DNA from: Candidatus Limnocylindrales bacterium
Lineage (GTDB): Bacteria; Chloroflexota; Limnocylindria; Limnocylindrales; CSP1-4
NCBI GenBank assembly: GCA_036274475.1
Contig: DASUFO010000059.1
Span: forward strand, 1,151-65,150
Reading direction: 5' to 3'
Length of the DNA: 64,000 nucleotides
The notes beneath the pieces were generated by a model. The model was not told where the DNA came from, did no database searches, and was given only the letters and a program-made list of their open reading frames with translations. Positions 17,021-26,868 of this stretch are shown piece after piece. Made by a program: the position numbers and the translations under genes. Numbering within the stretch: the first letter of the stretch is position 1; each line of letters starts with the position of its first letter.

Positions 17021-18645
17021 CGCGGTCCGGGCGCCTCGTCGCGGCGACCGCGGTGGTCGCTCTCGCGCTCGTCTGGGCGTCGCCTGTTGCCGCCGCGGAC
17101 CCCGTCACGTTCGGAAAGCCCAGCGCGGATTCGACGTATGGCCAGTCCGTGCAGTTCGAGCAGCCGGTCGACCTCTCCTCCGCGCCGGACCGCGTCGAGT
17201 TGTTGCTGCGAACGCCATCGAGCGTGGGGCCCGGCGTCATCGACGTCGATCCCCCGACCCGCGCCGGCGACCAGACGCTCCACTTCGCGCTCGAGCTCGC
17301 CGACGGCCACATCGTTCCGAACACGACGTTCACGGCCCAGTGGCGGGTCGTCGACGCGAATGGCAAGGCGTGGGTCGGGCCCGAGATCAGCGAGACGTAC
17401 AGCGACAGCCGTGTCGACTGGCGAACGCTCGAGGGCGACGTCGTTCGGGTTCACTGGTACGACGGCAGCGACGACTTCGGCCGGCGGGCACTGACGATCG
17501 GCGACGACGCCGTGGCCGAGGTCTCGCAGCTGCTCGGCGTGACCGAGACGGAGCCGATCGATTTCTTCATCTACGCCGACCAGGACAAGTTCTACGACGC
17601 GCTCGGCCCCGCGACCCGCGAGAACGTCGGTGGCGAGGCCCACGCCGACATCCGGACGCTCTTCGCGCTGATCACGCCGGGCGAGATCAACGACAACTGG
17701 GTCAACGTGGTCGTGCCGCACGAGCTGACCCACCTCGTGTTCGACACCGCGACCGACAACCCGTATCACGACCCGCCGCACTGGCTGAACGAGGGGCTCG
17801 CGGTCTACCTGTCCGAGGGCCTGACGTCGGGCGACCGGTCGCTGGTCGACAACGCCGCCCGCGACGGAACGATCATGCCCCTCGAGGGGCTGGTCGGCGC
17901 GTTCCCGACGACGCGAGACCGGTTCTTCCTCGCCTACGCCGAAAGCGTCTCCGCCGTCGACGACATCGTCGCCGACCATGGCCGCGACGCGCTCATCGGC
18001 TTGATCCGTTCGTACGCCGACGGGGTCAGTGACGACGAGGCGTTCAGCGCCGCGCTCGGCGTCGACTTCGGCGGGTTCGAGCGATCGTGGCTGGACGGCC
18101 TGGGCGCCGCCGCCCCGGTTCGACACGGTCCGCAGCCGGCGCCCGGCGGCCCGCTGCCCGAAGGCTGGTCCGGTGCCGCGCCGAACGCGACGATCCAGCC
18201 TGGAGCTACCGGCGCACCGCCACCCGCTGCGACGCCTCGGACGAACTCGCCGATCGATCAGGCCGAGCCGGCCGGCGTCCTTCCGTGGCTGGCCGCCGGC
18301 GCGATCATCGTGGCCATCGTCATCGGGTCCGTGGCGCTCATGCGGAGCCGCCAACAGCGAGCCGCGCGGGACCTTGCCGCCGCTCGTGCGACGGCCGCGG
18401 CGGGGTACGACTCGACGCGCGACGCGCAACATGTCGCCGCGGCGAACCCCGGGTTCAGCCTGCCAGCCGATCCGGAGGTCGCCGCGGACGATGCCCCGCC
18501 GTCGCCGTCGCCGTCGGGATCGCCTTGGGCCGGCCCAAGCGCCGCCGAAGCCGGTCCTGCGCCGCTCGCCGACCCGGTCGCGGACGTGCCGCCGGACCCC
18601 GCGTCCGGCGCCGGACAACCCCCACCCACGCCGCCGGAGCCATGA
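17017..18645 (+). CDS. membrane-anchored MA-clan (gluzincin-like) metallopeptidase
   Basis: The GTG at 17017 overlaps the SBP stop (GTGA). It has a signal peptide, HELTH (HExxH) followed by NEGLAVYLSEG (third-ligand Glu), a C-terminal TM segment (LPWLAAGAIIVAIVIGSVALM) and a Pro/Ala-rich tail. Confidence 0.75.
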   Translation: MTRSGRLVAATAVVALALVWASPVAAADPVTFGKPSADSTYGQSVQFEQPVDLSSAPDRVELLLRTPSSVGPGVIDVDPPTRAGDQTLHFALELADGHIVPNTTFTAQWRVVDANGKAWVGPEISETYSDSRVDWRTLEGDVVRVHWYDGSDDFGRRALTIGDDAVAEVSQLLGVTETEPIDFFIYADQDKFYDALGPATRENVGGEAHADIRTLFALITPGEINDNWVNVVVPHELTHLVFDTATDNPYHDPPHWLNEGLAVYLSEGLTSGDRSLVDNAARDGTIMPLEGLVGAFPTTRDRFFLAYAESVSAVDDIVADHGRDALIGLIRSYADGVSDDEAFSAALGVDFGGFERSWLDGLGAAAPVRHGPQPAPGGPLPEGWSGAAPNATIQPGATGAPPPAATPRTNSPIDQAEPAGVLPWLAAGAIIVAIVIGSVALMRSRQQRAARDLAAARATAAAGYDSTRDAQHVAAANPGFSLPADPEVAADDAPPSPSPSGSPWAGPSAAEAGPAPLADPVADVPPDPASGAGQPPPTPPEP

Positions 18646-19412
18646 CGACCGTCGTCCGCAGACTGCGGGCGATTCCGACCTGGCAGGTCACGCTCGGGAT
18701 CGCGCTCCTCGCTCTCGGGTTCCTCATTGCGGCCCAGCTCTCCGCCCAGGGTCCGCGAATCCGGTACACGACCCAGGAGCGGACGCCGCTCGTCGAGACG
18801 GCGACGGAGCTCCAGCGCCAGCAGGATGACCTGCGTCGCCGCGTCACTGAGCTGCGCGAAGCGATCGCCAAGCTGGAAGAGCAGGGGGTGGGGACCACGC
18901 AGATCGTCCGCGAGCTCAACTCGGAGCTCGAGGAGGCGCGCATCGCCGCCGGCCTCATTCCGCTCGAAGGGACCGGGATCGTGTTCCAGCTCAAGGACTC
19001 CTCGCTGCCGGTCCCCGAGGGCGCGGACGAATCGGACTATCTCGTCACGGCGCGCGACATCCGGACCGTCATCGCCGAGCTGTGGCTCGCCGGCGCCGAG
19101 GCGATCTCGGTCAACGGCGAGCGGGTCACGGTGTCAACCGGCGTTCTCGATATCGGCCACACGATCCTCGTCAACTCGGCGTACCTCTCGCCGCCGTACG
19201 AAATCCGGGCGATCGGCCCAACGGACATCCTCGACCAGCTCGGCCTGTCCGAGGGCTGGCGCGACTTCATCCAGACCCGGCGCGGGACGTTCGGGCTCGA
19301 CATCGCGTTCGCGGAGCCGCCGGTCGTCGCCGTCCCGGCGTTCGCCGGAAGCCTGACACTGCGCGAGTCGCGTGCGGTCCCGAGTCCCAGCCCGACGCCG
19401 GCCGCGCCGTGA
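18642..19412 (+). CDS. DUF881 domain protein
   Basis: The ATG at 18642 overlaps the upstream stop (ATGA). It has an N-terminal TM segment, a coiled-coil segment, then GPGIV-like (GTGIVFQL) ...DIRTVIAELWLAGAEAISVNGERV, the typical DUF881 core. Confidence 0.8.
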   Translation: MTTVVRRLRAIPTWQVTLGIALLALGFLIAAQLSAQGPRIRYTTQERTPLVETATELQRQQDDLRRRVTELREAIAKLEEQGVGTTQIVRELNSELEEARIAAGLIPLEGTGIVFQLKDSSLPVPEGADESDYLVTARDIRTVIAELWLAGAEAISVNGERVTVSTGVLDIGHTILVNSAYLSPPYEIRAIGPTDILDQLGLSEGWRDFIQTRRGTFGLDIAFAEPPVVAVPAFAGSLTLRESRAVPSPSPTPAAP

Positions 19413-20095
19413 CCCGCTCGCTTCGCGCGCCGCGCAGCCAGCTGCTCGTCGCGGCGGTCGCGTTCCTGCTCGGGCTTCTCGTCGTCGTCCAGATTCGGGC
19501 CCAGTCCGGCGGTGACCGGCTGGCCACGCTGTCGGCACAGGACCTGACGCTGCTCGTCGGCAACCTCAACGCCGACAACGACCGCCTCCGAGCCGAGATC
19601 GCGGGCCTCGAGCGTCAGCTCGACACGCTGGAGGTGGGCGGCACACGCGGCACGGCGTCGATCGCCGAGATCCGCGGCGACCTCGAACGGATCCGTGTCT
19701 GGTCCGGCCTGGATCGGGTCGCTGGCGACGGTATCCTCATCACGGTCCGCGGCCCGATCAGTGCGCCGGACCTCGAGGACGTCATCAACGAGCTCCGGAA
19801 CGCCGGCGCCGAGGCGATTGCGATCGACGACGTCCGCGTCGTCACTGGCACCGTGATCGGCGGGACGCCGGGCGATCTTTCCGTCGACGACACGCCGCTC
19901 GCCGACCCGTTCACGATCCGCGCGATCGGCGTCCAGGAGTCGTTGACGGGCTCCCTCACGCGGGCAGGCGGGATCGTCGCCCAGCTCGCCGCGACGAACC
20001 CGAACGCGGCACTCGACATCGAACCGACCGACCGCATGACACTGCCGGCGACGGATCGCGACCTCGTCCCCGACGATGGCCACCCCCGCCTCTGA
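19409..20095 (+). CDS. DUF881 domain protein (second paralog)
   Basis: The GTG at 19409 overlaps the upstream stop (GTGA). The architecture matches the previous gene (TM, coiled coil, GDGILITVRG...LEDVINELRNAGAEAIAIDDVRV). Confidence 0.8.
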   Translation: MTRSLRAPRSQLLVAAVAFLLGLLVVVQIRAQSGGDRLATLSAQDLTLLVGNLNADNDRLRAEIAGLERQLDTLEVGGTRGTASIAEIRGDLERIRVWSGLDRVAGDGILITVRGPISAPDLEDVINELRNAGAEAIAIDDVRVVTGTVIGGTPGDLSVDDTPLADPFTIRAIGVQESLTGSLTRAGGIVAQLAATNPNAALDIEPTDRMTLPATDRDLVPDDGHPRL

Positions 20096-20123
20096 GTCAC
20101 GTGCCTCTGCTACGCTCGGGCGG

Positions 20124-20384
20124 ATGACCGAGCGCCCACCGATCAGCCTGCTCCTCGGCGACGTCGTCCGGCTCCGGCGGACCCACCCGTGCGGGGGAGA
20201 CGAATGGTTGATCGACCGACTCGGCGCCGACATCGGGCTCCGCTGCCGCCGCTGTGACCGTCACGTCCTGATCGAGCGACGCGCGCTGGAGGGGCGAATC
20301 GTCGCGTTCGTCAGTCGCGGCGACCCGGCGCTGAGCGCGGCTGTCGCGCCCGCCGGGCGCGACTCGCACCGAGGCGCCTCGTGA
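20124..20384 (+). CDS. DUF951 family protein (zinc-ribbon like)
   Basis: LGDVVRLRRTHPCGGDEWLIDRLGADIGLRCRRCDRHVLIERRALE matches the DUF951 pattern with Cys pairs. The ATG at 20124 is preferred to the upstream 20076. Confidence 0.75.
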   Translation: MTERPPISLLLGDVVRLRRTHPCGGDEWLIDRLGADIGLRCRRCDRHVLIERRALEGRIVAFVSRGDPALSAAVAPAGRDSHRGAS

Positions 20385-21970
20385 CGCTGGCCCCTCCCGC
20401 GCCGAGCCCGTCGGCGCCCACCGAAGGCGGCGCGCTGGCGGTCTTCAAGAACCGGTCGTTCCTGTTCCTGTGGCTCGCCCAGGCGTTCACCCAGATCGGC
20501 GGGAACATGGTGATCTTCGGCCTGACGATCATCATCGCCGGGTCGACGAACTCGACGTCCGCCGTCAGCGCGCTGATCCTGACGTTCCTAGTTCCGGCCG
20601 TCCTGTTCTCGGCGGTCGCCGGCGTCTTCGTCGACCGACTGGACCGGCGCGTCGTCCTGATCGTGACGAACCTGCTGCGCGGCTTCGCGTTCCTCGGGAT
20701 CTGGTTCGTCGGTGACAACCTGATCGGGATCTACGTCCTGAACATCTTCATCTCGACCGTGACCGTTTTCTTCAGTCCGGCCGAGGCCGGGATGATCCCC
20801 CAGGTCGTGCCCCGGAAGCAGCTCCTCGCGGCAAACGGCATCTTCACCCTGACGCTGAACGCGGCGTTCGCCCTCGGCTTCGCGCTGCTCGGCCCGCTCG
20901 TCGTGAAGATCGCCGGTGCGCCGGCGCTGATCGTCGTCGTCGCGATCACGTACTTCATCGCGGCGGTCCTGTGCATCACGCTGCCCTCGTCGCCACCGAA
21001 GCCACGAGCGGCCGAGGCGATGTCCGAATCCGACGCGCTGCGGTCCGTATTTCTCCAGCTCAGCGAGGGTCTCGCGTACATCCGCGACCACCGCGAGATC
21101 CGCTGGTCGCTGATCTATCTCGGGACGACCGCGTCACTCGTTGGCGTGCTCGGCGTGCTCGGCCCCTCGTTCGCGGAGCTGACGCTCGGCCTCAAGCCGG
21201 AGGACTTCGTCGTCGTCGTCCTGCCGCTCGGCATCGGCGTCGTCATGGGCATCCTGATCCTCAACGCCTACGGCCGGCTGGTCCCGCGTCGGCGCGTCAT
21301 CGAGGCGAGCCTCGTCGTGCTCGGCATCTTCCTGGCGGCGATTGCCGGCTCCGGACAGATCAGCAGCTTCATCGCCCGGACGACGAGCAGCCTGCCGGAC
21401 ATCTCGGCGGTCACCTCGATCCTGTCGCTCGTCGTGGGCTTCGCGTTCTTCGCCGGCATCGCCTACGCGTTCGTGGCCATCCCGTCCCAGACGCAGCTTC
21501 AGGAGGACCTGCCGGAGAACGTTCGCGGCCGCGTCTTCGGCGTCCTCAACATGCTCGTGTCGGTTGCCAGCTTCCTGCCGATCCTCGTCGTCGGGCCGAT
21601 CGCCGACCTGATCGGCACGACCGCAGTGCTGATTCTCGTGGCGGTGTTCGTCTCGATGGCAGGCGTTGCGTCGATCCTGATTCGGGGCAGCCTCAAGCCG
21701 TACGAGACGGCCGTCCACGCCGAGACCCGCGGTCGTGACCCGATCGTGAGCGCGCTCGGCGCGGAGCTGCCAGAGGACGCGTACGCCGACGACGAAGACG
21801 AGGACGACGCCGAGCCCGGCTTCGAGCTCACGGAGCCGGCCGCCGCGCCGGTCGCCGGCGCTGCGGGAGCCGCGCAGGCCGCGGCGGTCGATACCGACAG
21901 CGACGGGATCGGCGACGCGTCCGAGGCGGTCGCGGGCGACCGGCCGTCAGAGCCGACGGCCGAACGCTGA
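20381..21970 (+). CDS. MFS transporter
   Basis: The GTG overlaps the upstream stop (GTGA). It has 12 predicted TM segments, FKNRSFLFLWLAQAFTQIGG and VDRLDRRVVL (MFS_3/EntS-like), and an acidic C-terminal tail. Confidence 0.85.
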   Translation: MTLAPPAPSPSAPTEGGALAVFKNRSFLFLWLAQAFTQIGGNMVIFGLTIIIAGSTNSTSAVSALILTFLVPAVLFSAVAGVFVDRLDRRVVLIVTNLLRGFAFLGIWFVGDNLIGIYVLNIFISTVTVFFSPAEAGMIPQVVPRKQLLAANGIFTLTLNAAFALGFALLGPLVVKIAGAPALIVVVAITYFIAAVLCITLPSSPPKPRAAEAMSESDALRSVFLQLSEGLAYIRDHREIRWSLIYLGTTASLVGVLGVLGPSFAELTLGLKPEDFVVVVLPLGIGVVMGILILNAYGRLVPRRRVIEASLVVLGIFLAAIAGSGQISSFIARTTSSLPDISAVTSILSLVVGFAFFAGIAYAFVAIPSQTQLQEDLPENVRGRVFGVLNMLVSVASFLPILVVGPIADLIGTTAVLILVAVFVSMAGVASILIRGSLKPYETAVHAETRGRDPIVSALGAELPEDAYADDEDEDDAEPGFELTEPAAAPVAGAAGAAQAAAVDTDSDGIGDASEAVAGDRPSEPTAER

Positions 21971-21971
21971 G

Positions 21972-22997
21972 GTGGCCCGCGTCGCGATCGTCTTCACCGG
22001 CGGGACGATCAGCATGCGCCACGACCCGGTCGCCGGCGGCAACGTGCCGACGCTGTCCGGGGCGGACATCCTGGCCCAGGTTCCCGGCCTGGACGAGCTC
22101 GCCGACGTCGTCCCGATCGATCGCGGACGCACGCCCGCCAGCCACTTCACGTTCCCGGCGTTGTTCGATCTCTGGGCGACGATCCGCGATGCCGCCTCGG
22201 ACCCCGCGGTCGATGGCGTCGTCGTCGTGCAGGGAACCGACACGATCGAGGAGACCGCGTTCTTCTACGACATCCTGCACTCGGGGGACGCTCCGATCGT
22301 CGTCACGGGTGCGATGCGTGCCGCGAGCCGCCCGGACTACGACGGACCCGCGAACATCCGGCGGGCCGTGGCCGCAGCCGTCGCGCCCTCGCTCCGTGGC
22401 GCTGGCGTCGTTGTCGTCCTCGCCGGGTCGATCGAGCCTGCGGACGACGTCACGAAGACCCACGCCTCGTCGTTCGACACGTTCCAGAGCCTCAACTTCG
22501 GCCCGATTGGCCGCGTCGACGGGGATCAGGTCATCGTCGAGCGCGACCGCGGGCCTCGCCGCCACGTCGCGGCGACGCGCGCCGCGGAGCGGGTCCACCT
22601 CGTGACGGCGACCGTGGCGATGGACGGGAGCGAGATCGACGCGCTGCGAGCGGCCGGGGCGGCCGGGGCCGACGGCTTCGTCGTCGCCGCGACCGGCGCC
22701 GGCAACACGTCGGCGGCGCTGCTTGCGGCCGCCGAGCGGGCGATCGCGGACCGTCTGCCCGTGGCGTTGACGACACGCTCGCCGTCAGGCGCCGCGAGCG
22801 CCGACTACGCGTTCCCGGGTGGCGGCGCGACATGGGTCCGGGCAGGCGCGATGCTCACCGGGCATCTCGGCGGGCCCAAGGCGCGGGTCGCGCTGGCGCT
22901 CGGGATCGGCGCCGGTTTGGATCATGGCGCGCTCGCCGCGCTCCTCGCGGACCCGGTCGCCGCGCCAGCCGCCGCGGCAAGCGGAACCGGAGACTAG
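21972..22997 (+). CDS. L-asparaginase (type I/plant-archaeal-like N-terminal asparaginase family)
   Basis: VAIVFTGGTISM (catalytic Thr motif), VVVVQGTDTIEETAFF (HGTDT-type motif) and GAMRAAS are present. The gene starts 1 nt after the MFS stop. Confidence 0.85.
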   Translation: MARVAIVFTGGTISMRHDPVAGGNVPTLSGADILAQVPGLDELADVVPIDRGRTPASHFTFPALFDLWATIRDAASDPAVDGVVVVQGTDTIEETAFFYDILHSGDAPIVVTGAMRAASRPDYDGPANIRRAVAAAVAPSLRGAGVVVVLAGSIEPADDVTKTHASSFDTFQSLNFGPIGRVDGDQVIVERDRGPRRHVAATRAAERVHLVTATVAMDGSEIDALRAAGAAGADGFVVAATGAGNTSAALLAAAERAIADRLPVALTTRSPSGAASADYAFPGGGATWVRAGAMLTGHLGGPKARVALALGIGAGLDHGALAALLADPVAAPAAAASGTGD

Positions 22998-23000
22998 CCC

Positions 23001-24650
23001 ATGCCACTCGACGCACTCGTCACCGGCCGGATCGCGACGCTTGGCGGCGAGAGCGGCTTCGGCTGGGTCGAGGCGGTCGGGATCACCGGCGGACGGGTCG
23101 CGTTCGCGGGTTCGGCGGTTGACCTGGAGACGCGCGCCGATCCGTTCACCCGTCGCTACGAGCTCGATCCCGACGAGGTCGCGATCCCGGGCCTTACCGA
23201 CGCGCACCTGCACCTCGCCGAAGGCGGGATCGCCCGCGAGAAGGTCGACCTGTCGCAGGTCCCCACGCTCGCGGACGCGCTCACGGCCGTCCGGACAGGC
23301 GCGGACGCACTACCGGACGACGCCGCCTGGCTCGAGGGCCACGGCTGGGACCCCGACCGATTCGGGCGGTGGCCGACCGCCGACGACCTCGAATCGGTCG
23401 TTCCCGGGCGACGCGTCGCGATCTGGGCCCACGATCACCACTCGCTCTGGGTGAGCCGCGCCGCGCTCGGCGGGGCCGGGATCGATCGTGATTCGCCGGA
23501 CCCTGACGGCGGCCTGATCCGGCACGACGACGCGGGCGATCCGTCCGGCATCCTCCACGAATCCGCGGCGCGGCTCGTGACGCGGCACATCCCGCCCGCC
23601 GACGCCGAACGCTACGAGCGGCTCGTGGCAGACCTCTGCGCGGACCTCGTGGCGCTCGGAGTCGTCGCCATCCACGACCCGGGCGCGCTGTCGCTGCAGG
23701 AGGGCCTCGGCGCCGGAATCGGTGCGTTCCGGGCGCTCGACGAGCGCGGCAAGCTGCCGATCCGCGTCCATGCCTGCATCCGCGAGGAGCAGATCGGCGC
23801 CGCGGCCAGGGCCGGCCTGAAGAGCGGCGATCCGCTGTGGCCGGGCGCCGACCGGGCGAGGTTCGGCTGGTTGAAGCTGTTCGCTGACGGGACGCTGGCG
23901 TCGCGGACGGCGGCGCTCCTCGAGCCGATCGAGGCGGAGGCGGGGAGGCCACTTCCCGAAGGCACGGAGCGGGGCGTCTTTCTGACGCCGCCGGAACGGC
24001 TCGCCGAGCTGGCTCGCGAGGCCCATGGGCACCGGATTGCGACGATCATCCACGCGATCGGCGACTGGGGCGTTCGGGCAGCGCTCGACGCGCTCGAACC
24101 CACGGCCGGCGGCAGCCTCCCGCTCATGCCGAGGCTGGAGCATGTCCAGCTGCTTCACCCCGACGATCGGCCGCGCTTCGCGAAGTCCCGGATCGCGGCG
24201 TCCGTCCAGCCGATCCACCTCCGCGCCGACGCCGCGGCCGCGCGACGGCTGTGGGGCGATCGCGCCGAGTCGAACGGCTACACGTGGCGGTCGATCGCGG
24301 ACACTGGCGCGATCCTCGCGTTCGGGACCGACGCGCCGGTCGAGCCGATCGACCCGTGGCCGGGCCTGTCGATGGCCGTGACCCGCCGCGACCCGTCGTG
24401 GGGGCCCGACGCGCCGGCCTTCGGCCCGAACGAAACCTTGACGCTGGAGCGGGCGCTCCGCTCCGCCTGCGTCGCGCCCGCCGTCACCGCCGGCGAACGC
24501 GACCGCGGCCGATTGGTCCCGGGCCAGCGAGCCGACCTCGTGGTGCTGCCGATCGAGGCGCTCACCGAACCGGTCCTGCCCGGCGGCGCCCTCGCCACGG
24601 CCCGTCCGCGGCTGGTGCTGATCGACGGCGCCGTCGGTTACGAAGCGTGA
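23001..24650 (+). CDS. amidohydrolase family protein (Amidohydro_3, metal-dependent TIM-barrel hydrolase)
   Basis: 549 aa. PGLTDAHLHL (HxH metal site), WGW/HDHH region, KLFADGTLASRTA, IHAIGD and FGTDAPVEP are typical Amidohydro_3 motifs. Confidence 0.85.
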   Translation: MPLDALVTGRIATLGGESGFGWVEAVGITGGRVAFAGSAVDLETRADPFTRRYELDPDEVAIPGLTDAHLHLAEGGIAREKVDLSQVPTLADALTAVRTGADALPDDAAWLEGHGWDPDRFGRWPTADDLESVVPGRRVAIWAHDHHSLWVSRAALGGAGIDRDSPDPDGGLIRHDDAGDPSGILHESAARLVTRHIPPADAERYERLVADLCADLVALGVVAIHDPGALSLQEGLGAGIGAFRALDERGKLPIRVHACIREEQIGAAARAGLKSGDPLWPGADRARFGWLKLFADGTLASRTAALLEPIEAEAGRPLPEGTERGVFLTPPERLAELAREAHGHRIATIIHAIGDWGVRAALDALEPTAGGSLPLMPRLEHVQLLHPDDRPRFAKSRIAASVQPIHLRADAAAARRLWGDRAESNGYTWRSIADTGAILAFGTDAPVEPIDPWPGLSMAVTRRDPSWGPDAPAFGPNETLTLERALRSACVAPAVTAGERDRGRLVPGQRADLVVLPIEALTEPVLPGGALATARPRLVLIDGAVGYEA

Positions 24651-26026
24651 CCGGCGGACGTGTGATCGAGCTCGCGTAGCGCGTCGGCGAACATCCCGTT
24701 GAGGATCCGCGACGTGGAGGGGAAGGCGTGGATCGTGTCGGCCAGGACGTCGATCTTGACGCGGGCCTTGATCGCGAGGACGCACTCGTGGATCGCCGCC
24801 GATGCGTCCGGACAGGCGATCGCCGCGCCGACGAGCTCGCGCGAACGGCGATCGACGATCAGCGTCACGTGGCCGATGGTCGCCTCCAGGGCGTAGCCGC
24901 GGGTCGACTTCGGGAAGTCCTCGACGAGCTCGAACGCGTCGTGACCCTCGGCCCTCGCCTGGTCGAGAGTGAGCCCGACGAACGCGGCCTCGGGATCGGT
25001 GTACGTGGCGCGAGGCAGAGCGCGGTAATCCGGGCGGACGTCGTCGCCGAGTGCCATCCGGACGGCGAGCTCGCCCTGGTAGTGGGCCTGGTGCGTGTGG
25101 AGCTCCGGCCCGGCCAGGTCGCCGGCGGCATAGAGCCCGTCGGCGAGGCGGAGACGTCCGTCGCGCGGGAACTGGACCCGCCCGGTCGTGTCGATGCCGT
25201 AGTGCTCGAGGCCGAGGTCGTCGATCGGAAACGCCCGACCGACGGCGAGCAGGATCGCGTGGCCCTCCGCGGTCGAGCCATCGTCGAGTTCGATCATGTG
25301 CGCGCCGCCGCTGCCTGCGCCTGCTCGGGCGGCCACCGCACGAACGCCGAGCCGGACCTCTACGCCTGAGTCCCGAAGCGCCCGGACGATCGTTTCCGAG
25401 TTCCGCGGATGGTCGGTCGGCATCAGCCGATCGCCGGACTGGACGATGGCCGTCGGCACCCCGAACCGGGCGTAGACCTGGGCCATCTCGCAGCCGGTCG
25501 GCCCGCCGCCGAGGACGAGCAGGCTTTTCGGCAGCTCGCGGGCGAGCGTCGCCTCGCGGTTCGTCCAGACATCGATCGCCTCGAGACCCGGCACCGGCGG
25601 CACCTTCGAGAAGCTGCCGACCGCCACGATCAGGTTGCGGCCGTGGAGCTCGTGAACCTCGTCGTCGTGGCGGACTTCGACACGGCCCCGGCCGACGATC
25701 CGCGCCGTACCGCGATAGCAGACCGCGCCCGCATCGACGAGGCGACGGTAGTGGCTGCTGTCGTCGGGCTCCGCGGCCTCCGCGGGCCGATTGATCATGT
25801 AGTCGCGGTGTTTCGACGCACGGTCCCAGGGGTATCTCGCCGGATTCGCGTGATGCTCGTGCGCCGCGTGAAGCAGCGCCTTCGATGGCAGACAGCCGAT
25901 GTGCGGGCAACTGCCGCCGAACCACCTCCGGTCGATGACCGCGACCGACGCGCCGCGTTCGCGAGCCTTGAACGCGGCGGCCTCGCCGGCCGGGCCGGCG
26001 CCGATGACGATGAAGTCGGAGTCCAT
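24638..26026 (-). CDS. FAD/NAD(P)-dependent pyridine nucleotide-disulfide oxidoreductase (class I, lipoamide dehydrogenase/mercuric reductase-like)
   Basis: The real start is the ATG at 26024-26026. FIVIGAGPAGEAAA, the redox-active CPHIGC, a second Rossmann motif LVLGGGPTGCE, and a C-terminal dimerisation domain with IHAFPSTS are present. Confidence 0.85.
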   Translation of the reverse strand: MDSDFIVIGAGPAGEAAAFKARERGASVAVIDRRWFGGSCPHIGCLPSKALLHAAHEHHANPARYPWDRASKHRDYMINRPAEAAEPDDSSHYRRLVDAGAVCYRGTARIVGRGRVEVRHDDEVHELHGRNLIVAVGSFSKVPPVPGLEAIDVWTNREATLARELPKSLLVLGGGPTGCEMAQVYARFGVPTAIVQSGDRLMPTDHPRNSETIVRALRDSGVEVRLGVRAVAARAGAGSGGAHMIELDDGSTAEGHAILLAVGRAFPIDDLGLEHYGIDTTGRVQFPRDGRLRLADGLYAAGDLAGPELHTHQAHYQGELAVRMALGDDVRPDYRALPRATYTDPEAAFVGLTLDQARAEGHDAFELVEDFPKSTRGYALEATIGHVTLIVDRRSRELVGAAIACPDASAAIHECVLAIKARVKIDVLADTIHAFPSTSRILNGMFADALRELDHTSAGHAS

Positions 26027-26052
26027 CGGGCTAGTGTGGCTGTCCGGGCGCG

Positions 26053-26868
26053 TCAGCGTTCGTCCAAGGTCGCGCGCTGCCTCACGGCCTCGTAGAGAAG
26101 AACGGCGGCTGCGACCGAAACGTTCAGGCTGTCGGCCTTGCCGCCCATCGGGATCCGGACCGGCTCGACCCGCTCGTCGGTCCACGTGGACTTGAGCCCC
26201 GCGGTCTCGCTGCCAAGGACGATCGCCAGCGCGCCGCGAAGCTCGGCGTCCGTGTAGAGCCGCTCCGCGTCGACCCGGGCGGCGACGAGGTGGACGTCGC
26301 GCGCGGCCAGCCACTCGAGAACCTCCGCCGACGGCGCTGCAGCGACGGGCCGCGTGAAGATCGTCCCGAGACTCGCCCGAACGGCGTTCGGGTTGAACAG
26401 GTCCGTTCGGGGATCGGCCGCGATGACCGCGTCGACGCCGGCACCGTCGGCCGTTCGGAGGATTGCCCCGAGGTTCCCGGGCTTTTCGACGGCCTCGAGG
26501 ACGACGATGAGCGGGTCCGGGCCGAGCTCGAGGTTGCCGAGCGAGGTCGAAGGCGTCTGCACAATCGCAACGACGCCGTCCGAGCGGTCGCCGAACGCGA
26601 GCTTCGCGATGACCGGCTCGCTGACCGACGTCAGCCCGACGGTCCCCGCGAGCCGCCCGACGACGTCGCGTGCCTCGTCGGTTCGGACCTGCGCGTCGCA
26701 GACATAGGCCTCCACAACCTCCACCCCGGCCTCGAGCGCGCGGCCCAGCTCCCGAGCGCCGTCGACGATCGTCAGCCCGGTCGATTCACGCTCGCGTCGG
26801 TCGCGCAACCGAACGGCGGCCTTGACCCGCGGGTTCGTGAGGCTCGTGATCGCGCCGGGCAGCGTCAT
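26053..26868 (-). CDS. TrmH/SpoU family RNA 2'-O-methyltransferase
   Basis: 271 aa. The SpoU motifs are EKPGNLGAILRTA, IVLGSETAGL and IPMGGKADSLNVSVAAAVLLYE. It overlaps the upstream gene by 4 nt. Confidence 0.85.
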   Translation of the reverse strand: MTLPGAITSLTNPRVKAAVRLRDRRERESTGLTIVDGARELGRALEAGVEVVEAYVCDAQVRTDEARDVVGRLAGTVGLTSVSEPVIAKLAFGDRSDGVVAIVQTPSTSLGNLELGPDPLIVVLEAVEKPGNLGAILRTADGAGVDAVIAADPRTDLFNPNAVRASLGTIFTRPVAAAPSAEVLEWLAARDVHLVAARVDAERLYTDAELRGALAIVLGSETAGLKSTWTDERVEPVRIPMGGKADSLNVSVAAAVLLYEAVRQRATLDER

